Assembly (NCBI GenBank): GCA_964016885.1 | Contig: CAXHJY010001091.1 | Span: forward strand, 1 to 33,556 | Reading direction: 5' to 3' | DNA from: Eledone cirrhosa | Lineage: Eukaryota | DNA length: 33,556 nucleotides | Shown: piece by piece, positions 16,865 to 33,556 of the stretch | How the letters are laid out: each line of letters starts with the position of its first letter | Position numbering within the stretch: position 1 is the stretch's first letter | The notes under the pieces: generated by a model | Seen by the model: the letters and a program-made list of their open reading frames with translations, nothing else | Told to the model about the DNA's origin: nothing | Databases searched by the model: none | Position numbers and translations under genes: made by a program

Positions 16865-18122
16865 TAGATAGATAGATACATAAATCTATATAAAGTGGAC
16901 TTCTGCATAACTCCACGTACAAACTGTCACAGGGCACTCATCGAACCCTAGCGAAAATAGAAATCATATGCTCACTATGTCGCAGAGTTTGGTGGAATCT
17001 GAAAGCATTCTGCAGGAAAGTGAACTTCTGAATCAGACAGCTATGCCTCCGTCTATGATTCGTTTTATTCTTTTCATTCATTTACTGATGTCACTCACAT
17101 GATTCTAGCCATGCTGGATATAGTCGAACGTATCGACATCCTCTAACTAATATATCAATATGGAAATCATTAAAGAAAAAGTCGGCATAAACGGTGTTTG
17201 ATTGGGAACGTAAAAGAATGTAAACAAATATCATATGTACCTATTCTGTTCTATTGTTTGCCATGTCAAAAAGTTCGTTAAGAAAAAATAAGAAGGCATG
17301 GTTGTTAAGGATAGGCAGGTTTTCTTAATTATCTTTAGATTTTGTACTTTAACAAATAAAATAAAATCTGTTAGACACGCAGTGACTAACAACAGAATGT
17401 TTTAAGACTGCGTGTCTGACATATATGCGTAGCTTTTGAATAAAAAAAATTCAAGGGGTTTCGCTGGCCGTGGTGATCCCTGCCAAACATCTTTTGTAAT
17501 GTATCATCTCATTGGCTAATTTCATCGTCTTATTGGCTAATCAACCGATGAGAGTAATTGTTGCTCAAAAGCATCCGCCACTTTGTTTGCACATTTATTT
17601 ATCTTTTCGCTTTCGAATCTTCCTCCTGTATTTCGTCTTTTATCATCAAAATGTTTTTTCTCGTTTTGGTAAGTTATATTGTTAATTTATATATCATTTT
17701 TTAAATTTATATTAACTATATTTTCTTTCAGTTCGTTATAACATGCTTATATTATTGGTTGTATCATATTTACTTGTATATTTGTCCATATTATTGTTCG
17801 TTTTATGTTAGATTATTTTATAATTATTATGTTAGATTATTTTTTTTATTATTATGTTAGACTATTTGTATGTAATATTTAATTTTTATTAATTCAACTA
17901 TAACAATTATTATGTAAAATATATTTATTTAATATTGATTGTTTTTTGTAGTTGTTTATATTAAAAGTCTGAAAATATTTTTATGCATCTTACAATAATA
18001 TTTATAAGATCATTTATAAAATAACAATTATATAATCTAATTACATTACAACGATAATTTATTATTAATATATATCATGTTTAACTAGAGTTATTACAGG
18101 CATTGCCTTAAAAAAATATTAA

Positions 18123-18568
18123 ACTAGACCTGAAAAATGCGCAAGCTCAAAAGAGCCACAGAATGTTATAATAAACCTTCAAAGGTGTGGGATTAGAGTT
18201 GTTGCTCAAAAATATTGTAATCATTATCTATCGTACACTCTGCGGCATCCTTTTATAAAAAAGAGACTCATAACGGACTCAAGACGACACGATAATTATT
18301 TAAGTGAATTTATAATATAGAATTCGGTTTAAGTGCATTTCGTATTAATCATTACTAAACATCTAATACGAGATATTGAACATTAGCTTAAATAATTATC
18401 GTGTCGTCTTGAGTTCGTTATGAGACTCTTTTTTATAGAAGGATACCACAGAGTGTACGATAGATAATGATTACAATATTTTTGAGTAACAACTCTAGTC
18501 CCACGCTTTTGAAGGTTTATTATAACATTCTGTGGCTCTTTTGAGCTTGCGTATTTTTCAGGTCTAGT
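18123..18568. repeat. Long inverted repeat, 182-bp arms, 82-bp spacer
   Basis: Arms 18123-18304 and 18387-18568, about 10 mismatches; ends ACTAG...CTAGT; no hammerhead motif seen. Confidence 0.92.
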
Positions 18569-19650
18569 AAGAAATGTTCGTCCTAGAAAAGAAACCAGTA
18601 TGCTGCATACAACTTTATCAAGGATACACAACTAAGTTTGAAGAATTCCGGATTCTGTACTGTTGCGAGGAAAATTTAGATGAAACCTGTACCATTCAGT
18701 AGAAAAGAAATTAAGAGATAAATACCATATGAAATATTAAATAGAATAAAAACCGTGCCTCTTATCATAACATAAGTCTTTAAATATAACTTACTATTAT
18801 ACAATGTATTGTACAGTTCAAATATTTTGCGATGATTTAGCAGAATATCAGCCCAGATTGAGAATATTGTCTATCAAGGAGATCCTAGTTGTAATCATCG
18901 ATTTTTTTTCTCCAGCTTTCACTCTAGGCAGTGGATCAAAGGTTTGATTATCTAAAGTGTCCTTCTCATGAAGAAGACCACACAGAATGATTTATGTAAC
19001 ATATGGCTGTTATTTTAAACCTATCTATAGACATGTTCCCTCTAGTCTGTATTGCCGATATATATATAGTTGAATCGCAGTAAACTGGAGCAGAAACAAG
19101 GTTCAAAATAAATTAAGCAAATTATAATTGTATGATATTCACTTACACTGTAAAAATATTCCGCTTCAATATCAAAGCAGATATGTTACAAGCAGAAAAG
19201 AAGAATACAATAAAAAAGGTTATAACAATATCTGCAGAAAATATTAAGTAGCAGTTGTAATTAAGTAGTACAGAATTATAATAAGTACGTGCGTACACGA
19301 GAAGGAAAACGTCCATATAGATATGTGTATATATAGTCCACTGTTCTTTGACTTATTTCAGTTATTACCATGGTAGGGAACACATATATTCATGTGTGTG
19401 TGTGTGTATAAACGCATATATTATATATTTAATGTAAAAAGTGAAAGGGAAAAAACACAGAGTATAATTGGAGAGTATATTTTTTTCTTTAAACAGAGAG
19501 AATAAATAATTTATAATTGTACTTCAATATATTCAGTGTAACAGTCATAAAAATATCCTTTCTGGCGTATTAAAGAAATCATAATGATTAAATATATCTT
19601 GGTGATTTTCCACTTTTAATTTATGCCTATAATGTTTGATTTGTATGGAA

Positions 19651-19684
19651 CTTTACATCCCTTTACATCCCTTTACATCCCTTT
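19651..19684. repeat. Tandem 10-mer CTTTACATCC x3
   Basis: Direct sequence. Confidence 0.9.
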
Positions 19685-19688
19685 TCAA

Positions 19689-19720
<32 letters not shown>

Positions 19721-19781
19721 TTATTAAATAACAGATTAAAGTTTAAGCAAAGAATCGCTGCTTTCACCCTTAACGGGATCT

Positions 19782-19816
<35 letters not shown>

Positions 19817-19847
19817 ATAAATATATGTGTGTATGCATATAAATAGA

Positions 19848-19878
<31 letters not shown>

Positions 19879-19882
19879 TAAT

Positions 19883-20172
19883 ATAAAATGATACATGACA
19901 TACCCTGAGATGTTAGATGGTTAAATCTTAACCATCTAACATCTCAGGGTATGTCATGTATCATTTTATTTTATCTGATGAGGACGTACTGTTGAACTTG
20001 ATTCAGTACCTCTGAAATATGTATAATGAAATTTAATTGATCACAAGAATATCTATTTTGTTAATATTTGAATTAATATTAATAACTCTGGAAAATATTT
20101 ACTGTAGAGTGCTTCCAATCTACTGTAAAACTCATTCTTTGATGTACTCATGGAATTTTGTTTAACTCTTTA
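19883..20172 (+). mobile_element. Fold-back insert (PLE pLTR-like): 42-bp hairpin, hammerhead and tail
   Basis: Perfect inverted repeat 19883-19969 (3-nt loop), directly followed by an HHR and a ~140-nt tail; (TA)n flanks. Confidence 0.78.
19968..20032 (+). ncRNA. Type I hammerhead ribozyme, intact core
   Basis: Stem I ATTTTAT/ATGAAAT; CTGATGA at 19975-19981; stem II GGA-C-GTACTG/CAGTAC-C-TCT; GAAA; stem III ATA-TG-TAT; AUA triplet with predicted cut after 20025. Confidence 0.8.
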
Positions 20173-20217
20173 ATATATATATATATATATATACCTATAA
20201 ATTTATGTATATATAAG

Positions 20218-20266
<49 letters not shown>

Positions 20267-20327
20267 ATATAATGTAACATATATATATATCTGTATGTGT
20301 GTGTATATATATATATATATATGTGTG

Positions 20328-20414
<87 letters not shown>

Positions 20415-20440
20415 ATATAATGTAACATATATATATATCT

Positions 20441-20516
<76 letters not shown>

Positions 20517-20633
20517 GTAATCTGAATTTTTCGAATATTAATAATAATATTCGATTCGTTTGCAATTATGCAAACAAGCCTCATTTTTAAATCCAGTCAG
20601 TAGAATGAACCCTTCTCTTGCTCATGTGTTTTT

Positions 20634-20664
<31 letters not shown>

Positions 20665-20958
20665 AATGCATGCAGATGGGTATGCATCTCTGCCATGGAC
20701 CCCTAACAGAGCCATAACAGTGCCATCATGTTAAACATACAGATTAGATCATTTAAATCTGACGGCGTTTATCTCTCGCCATATCAGAACGTAGTCAAAT
20801 ACTTCCGGCGAAAGCGACGAAGAAAGAGAAAGTGAATAACTGATATAGAAAAAGAATGCACTCCGGTACTCTGTTTATGGACCCCGAAAAGAAGAATTGT
20901 TAATTTGAAGTCGATTGTATATGAGGACTTCTCCAAAATGTGACCAATTTGCCATATA

Positions 20959-21037
<79 letters not shown>

Positions 21038-21189
21038 ATTGGTGCTCTAAAATAGCGATGTATACATGAATGTATATATAGTATATTTGGTAATATACTG
21101 TATGTTTAATTAAAAACATTTTGAAGACCTTGCGCTATTACTTTAAAGTAGTGACTATGTCACTTCTTTTTTCAGCAAAGGAAGGGAGA

Positions 21190-21229
21190 TAAGCTGACAG
21201 ATCTGTTTCACACTGTTGGTGTTCATCAG
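21190..21229 (-). ncRNA. Hammerhead, perfect core but 5' strand of stem I lost
   Basis: Minus strand: CTGATGA-ACAC-CAACA-GTGT-GAAAC-AGATCT-GTC-AGCTTA. Confidence 0.75.
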
Positions 21230-21241
21230 GTCGGTGAGTAC

Positions 21242-21287
21242 TAGGCTCTGATGCACACCAAGAGTGTGAAACAGATCTGTCAGCTTA
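21242..21287 (+). ncRNA. Hammerhead, stem I intact but A9C core change
   Basis: TAGGCT-CTGATGC-ACAC-CAAGA-GTGT-GAAAC-AGATCT-GTC-AGCTTA. Confidence 0.75.
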
Positions 21288-21410
21288 TCTCCCTTCCTTT
21301 GCTGAAAAAAGAAGTAAGTGACATAGTCACTACTTTAAAATAATAGCGCAAGGTCTTCAAAATGGTTTTAATTAAACATACAGTATATCAACAAGTATAC
21401 TATACATACA

Positions 21411-21485
<75 letters not shown>

Positions 21486-21559
21486 GCTGTGCTGTGTCCG
21501 GGGCGAAATCCACGCTGTTCATCGGCTAACTTTAGCCCGACAATCACCTAGTCACCTTA

Positions 21560-22700
21560 TATCTCTTTGCCCGTCACTTAACATAGAATTTACCAGGAGG
21601 CTTCTATAAGTGGGACAATCGTTCGTCACCTTGTTTTAAAGATTGGATTATCACTTCTGATTGCCATTGCTTAAGTGTCTTTCCAGAGATCCGGGACACA
21701 CGACACACACGAGTCAACCACAGAATACCATCACTTTTAAAAGCTCGGCCTTGTCACATTTAAGCTCTTTAATGGCCCTTGTCACCTTAGCCTCTGAGAA
21801 ATTAGTCATTGTTCCCAGAGGTTCCTCGTGTATATCAGAAAATGCTGTTGTTATCAAGTTTAGGAGATCACCTAAGTATTCTCCCCACCTTGTGAGAGTG
21901 CACCACTCTGAAGAGAGGAGAATCTCAGACACGTTCCTGATAGCAGATGTGGAGGAGGGCTTCTTATTACGAAGTCAGCCAATTGTCTGCCAGAACACTC
22001 TATTTGCTGATCTGAAGTGGGATTCCAGCTTAACCCCAATGTTCTCTCATGTCTTAACTTTGGATACCTTCAATGTCACTGGGCCGACCTTTTACACCTG
22101 TTTGTACACAAGTGCAAGAAAGAGGACTTATTTCCATGCGAAGATTTGTAGGCTTCATTCTTTGCTCGGATGGTATACTTGACCTCAATATTGAACCAAT
22201 GGGTCCTCCTATCATCCGGCGTCACACCAAAGCCGCTATCGTTCGCAGCATTTAGCAGGTGAATCAGAAACTGCTGAGCTGAACAGTATCCGCATATATG
22301 GTCCTGACTTCCTTACCCACAAACACTTCCCACCATTTCCTATGTAGCCGAATCTGCTAGTTTTGGGGTCTTCCTTGGCTATAGGTAGGCTCAAGCTGCA
22401 GATAACTAGATAGCAGTTGGCAGTTCAGCCTCTCTCTTAACATGAATGTCCAGCACAAAATCAGAGAAAATAACAAAGTCAATATTGATCTCTGTCCCTG
22501 ATTCTCCTATTACCAGATATATTAACGAATCCCTCTGTGCTGGAAGGTATTCATTATACAGGGACACTTGCTAGAACAGAAGTCTAATAAGGCCTTTCCA
22601 TTTGCATTTAAATCGAGATCGCCATTCCTTCCCATGTCAGGTGGTTAGTACTGATATGTGAATTGAAGTCTCCCATAAGGATATATGACTCAGTCATAAC
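21560..22700 (-). pseudogene. Decayed RTE LINE: AP endonuclease C-terminal part to start of RT
   Basis: Minus-strand motifs MGDFNSHI, LLDFC, IMNTFQH, VTRAIKELKCDKA and PIFK; many frameshifts. Confidence 0.78.
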
Positions 22701-22719
22701 GATATCTACACTGCTGTAA

Positions 22720-22957
22720 TTGTGGAAGTACTGCAAAAATATGTAAAAGGGGTATGATTGTGTTCAACGAGAACTGCTATGGAAGATTCTGCAGGAGTAT
22801 GGGATCGATGGCAAGCTTCTCGTCGCCCTGGTGTCTTTATCCGAATTCCCGTGTATTCCTGTCTTCGAATAAATAGTGTGAAATTAAAACCATTCAATGT
22901 CGGAATCGGAGTCCGCCAAAAGTTCGTATTGTTCCATCTCCTGTTCATTATCTTCAT
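22720..22957 (+). pseudogene. RTE RT central fragment in opposite orientation
   Basis: LWKILQEYGIDGKLLVALVSL and SCLRINSVKLKPFNVGIGVRQ..VLFHLLFIIF (GVRQGCVLSPLLF-like). Confidence 0.8.
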
Positions 22958-22980
22958 ATATATATATATATATATATATA

Positions 22981-23346
22981 CAAAATAAAATTAAATTAAG
23001 GGTGTCATGACAGAGAGACATGCGCCATATCCACTGTAGAATATGCTACAAGATTCTAATGCATAGATTCGAGCATTTTATATCAACTAGAAATTGATTG
23101 ACATATATATATATATCTAAAATAAACATATGAAACAATCACAGGGAATAATTTGTAAAAGTGTGTAAGCACACATAGCTATGTAGGTAACTAATTAAAG
23201 TTTAACTAGAACTTTAAAAATAGATACCTTATAAATGGTTTAATCTTCCTTGTATATATTTCATTAAAGAAATATATTTCACCATCAATTGTTCGGTAAA
23301 CCACAGTAGCCATATTTAATGACACCCTTAATTTAATTTAATTTTG
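22981..23346. repeat. ~28-bp inverted repeats bounding a ~365-bp segment
   Basis: CAAAATAAAATTAAATTAAGGGTGTCAT (22981-23008) versus ATGACACCCTTAATTTAATTTAATTTTG (23319-23346). Confidence 0.7.
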
Positions 23347-23963
23347 GATATATACGGCCCCTTAATTGTTGAGCTAACCCAGTTGAAACGACTCGACTGC
23401 TATTTCTAGTTGTCAATAACCCTATTCATGCCACTGGGATGTAGCTGGTATATATATATACACATACACATATGCAGTGTATGTGGTTCAGTGAATTACT
23501 GTGTGTGCGTGGCACGCGTGTGTATTATGCAAATATACGTAAATTAGTATATCTTAACATCGGTTCACAATATCATTTCCTTCCTGGAGGTCGTTCGTTA
23601 CCTGAAATGTTAGTAAAACGAAATTATATTTTCCATACTAAATGTTGAAAGAGATGAACAGTTATAGTCTGTGCGTGAAAAACATATAGATATCACCATA
23701 GTAACTCATTGCAGAGCAAGTGACGCTTTCCCGCTGATACTCCAAATCAACTGTTGCAGCCGGCTTGTTTGTTCGTTACTCGAGACTTCGTTTTTAAACC
23801 GAGAGTTAAAAATATTCGGAAAAATTGTTCGTGATACGAGGCATTAGTGAACGAAGATTTCATTGTATATTGGCATAAATACGTATAGATATATATGCTT
23901 ATACATGTACACATCTATATGAATACTATATATATTTATATTCATACCAATATATACACATGA

Positions 23964-24530
<567 letters not shown>

Positions 24531-24723
24531 GTGTTTGGCTTTAATAAATCCTTCTGATTATATACAAGTATTTCCTTGATTGTAAAATACAATATCACTG
24601 AAAGTATTTGGGGTTTAACAATGTCATTGTTTTAATATATAAATTTCAATTTAAATAATTTTCTGAACATGTAATTGTAAATTACAATAAATGACATATA
24701 TGAAAAATTGCTCATCCTCTGTG

Positions 24724-24754
<31 letters not shown>

Positions 24755-24948
24755 GATAATAATAATAATAATAATAATAACTGTTTCTACCTTTGGCACA
24801 AGGCCAGCAATTATTCAGTACATTACTTTATTTTATCGACCCCGTAAGGATGAAAGACAAAGTTAACCTCGGCGGGATTTGAACACAGATCGTAAAGGCT
24901 TGTAATTCTATGCTGCAAAGCATCGCGTCCGACACTCTACCGACACTG
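24755..24948 (-). mobile_element. tRNA-derived SINE (Nin/Deu-type) with (ATT)n tail
   Basis: Reverse-complement homolog of 15255-15440. Confidence 0.82.
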
Positions 24949-24949
24949 G

Positions 24950-25325
24950 TTTCTTTATTGGTCACAAGGGCTAACATTACAGACGGAACAGGATGATTCA
25001 AATTGGATTTTGGCTGTGTAAAAAGTTTATAACAAGAAGATAGAAATGTGTAAAAACAAATCAAAAACAATTCAAACAATAAAAATTCCACAAAAATGGG
25101 GAAACCTCCGAGGGTCACCCGTGGTGAAAACCACAGAAAATACCACGGTCACCCTACCACCAGGGCAAGCAACCACTCTCAGTTAACCCACTCCTCAGTC
25201 TACAGCGGCATACTCAGAACGGGCCCGTTCACTCGAACCAGAGTCACCACTTTCAACACCGTTCAACAAACTTAGTAGAAGATAGCACTTCCCTCTCCAA
25301 CCTGATTTTCCTCTTCAACTGAAAT
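24950..25325 (-). mobile_element. Probable L1/Tx1-like LINE 3' end
   Basis: Minus strand reads QLKRKIRLEREVLSSTKFVERC, then a T-rich 3'UTR ending AATAAAGAAA; related to 8781-9250. Confidence 0.5.
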
Positions 25326-25380
25326 TTAAAAATTAATAATACAATGACGAATGGTTACTCCTTCATTACGTATATTGGTT

Positions 25381-25465
25381 GGTGACGCGCGTTTCGCTAC
25401 TGATTAGCTGAAGGTTCTATCTGTATCGATCTAGCCCGACTCTGGAATCAAAAGCTCGTCGGACC
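25381..25465 (-). ncRNA. Type I hammerhead with U4C core variant and 60-nt stem II domain
   Basis: Minus strand: GGT-CCGACGA-GCT-TT-TGATT...AATCA-GT-AGC-GAAAC-GCGC-GTC-ACC. Stem I GGT/ACC, palindromic stem III ACGCGCGT, GUC triplet. Confidence 0.7.
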
Positions 25466-25505
25466 TCTGTAGTATCAATGACACTCCCTGGATATGTATA
25501 TATAT

Positions 25506-25580
<75 letters not shown>

Positions 25581-25600
25581 ATGTATGTATGTATGTATAT

Positions 25601-25701
25601 GTCAAAGGGCAAAGGAGCTCTTAAGAGTCAATGGCCACACAAAATCACCGGGAGAGATGATCCCTTTGCCTTTGTCAAGGCAGAATTCTAGGAGAAGGAA
25701 A
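25601..25701 (+). mobile_element. Internal fragment of the non-autonomous RTE-derived element
   Basis: Matches 2868-2967. Confidence 0.85.
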
Positions 25702-25711
25702 TATATATATG

Positions 25712-25758
<47 letters not shown>

Positions 25759-25807
25759 GTATGTATATATATATATGTGTATATGTATATGTATATCTGT
25801 ATATATG

Positions 25808-25861
<54 letters not shown>

Positions 25862-26108
25862 TATGTATATGTATATCTGTATATATGTATATATGTATAT
25901 ATGTATGTATATATATGTATATATGTATGTATATATATGTATATATGTATGTATATATATGTATATATGTATGTATATATATATATATGTATGTATATAT
26001 GTATGTATATATGTATATATATGTATGTATATATGTATATATATGTATGTATATATGTATATATATGTATGTATATATGTATGTATATATGTATATATAT
26101 ATATATAT

Positions 26109-30977
<4,869 letters not shown>

Positions 30978-31737
30978 TCAGAGACTTGGGAGTAACCGTG
31001 GACAGCAACATAAGCTGGACCACGCATATAAGCAGCAAAGTTGACATGGCCCGCAGAATGTGTTCCTGGATCCTCAGAACCTTCCAGTCGAGAGATTCCC
31101 GCACCATTATCCTTCTCTTCTCTACTTTCGCCCGACCACACCTTGAATACTGTTGTCCACTGTGGTCTCCCCACACGAAACAAAGTATCATGAAACTTGA
31201 AGCTCCTCAAAGGGCAATCACGAAAAAGATAGATGGCATGTCAGACCTTGACTACTGGGGTCGATTGGAAAACCTGAAACTTTACTCACTCCAACGTCGC
31301 CGTGAGCGTTATATTATCTGCATGATGTGGAAAATGTTCCATCATCACTGCCCAAATGATGTTGGCATCGCCTTCAAGATACACCCAAGGCTTGGGCCCC
31401 GTGCTATCCGTCCCATTCAAAAATCTAAATCGCAACTCATAACAACAATACGCACAATTATTTCACCTCAATCGGCCCTGCTCTCTTCAACATCACACCA
31501 GGACACGTCAAAACAGAAACTGACCACACAAAATTCAAGAAGTCTTTGGACAAATTCCTCCAAGTAATCCGGACAAACCACCCACACCCGGATATGTCTC
31601 CGCAAACAGTAATTCTCTTCTCGAATGGGCCATGGTGCCCAAATCCTGAATTGAAAGACTTCGCCAGGTGGTGCTATTAAGTTAGACATGGCCTGGGCCA
31701 ATACTGGCCAAAACATTTCAAAGTTATTCAAAGTTAT
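30978..31737 (+). mobile_element. 5'-truncated CR1-clade LINE (RT thumb/C-terminus plus 3'UTR)
   Basis: [17 protein letters not shown]...[14 protein letters not shown]...[10 protein letters not shown]...[17 protein letters not shown]; one apparent frameshift near 31453; TTCAAAGTTA x2 tail. Confidence 0.9.

Positions 31738-33556
<1,819 letters not shown>

Larger units (their letters stand above)
21034..21412. mobile_element. Fold-back insert (PLE pLTR-like) with ~160-bp arms and head-to-head hammerheads
   Basis: Arms 21069-21229 and 21248-21412 with an 18-nt spacer; pure (TA)n on both sides. Confidence 0.8.

Noticed and set aside
18383-18631. 82-aa ORF faintly like a GIY-YIG start
   Set aside because: Key YxG and R/H/E residues are absent; insufficient support
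20759-20790. CTGACGGCG...CGCCATATCAG hairpin
   Set aside because: No complete hammerhead core on either strand
21661-22182. 173-aa plus-strand ORF
   Set aside because: Antisense to the decayed RTE; no recognisable domain

Overview
Eukaryotic, extremely AT-rich, repeat-dominated window. The Nin/Deu-domain SINEs and vast (TA)n/(TATG)n tracts suggest a cephalopod such as Octopus; this is inference. No intact host gene is visible, and almost all ORFs in the track are microsatellite artefacts (YI/YM/HT repeats). Real content: six copies or fragments of a ~610-bp non-autonomous RTE-derived retroelement, decayed RTE, CR1-like and Tx1/L1-like LINE fragments, a deleted Tc1/mariner with a 100-bp derivative, and four tRNA-derived SINEs. 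The main unexplained structure is a set of at least 8 non-coding inserts with mutually unrelated sequences, nearly all abutting (TA)n. They carry type I hammerhead ribozyme (HHR) motifs with palindromic stem III. Six are fold-back palindromes: five fold at or inside the ribozyme, duplicating all or part of it on both strands, and one folds ~45 nt upstream. This matches Penelope-like element (PLE) pseudo-LTR or retrozyme-type relics. Unusual variants include a ~116-nt, G-U-rich stem II and a recurrent CCGANGA (U4C) core. All structures were paired by eye; none is shown to be active.
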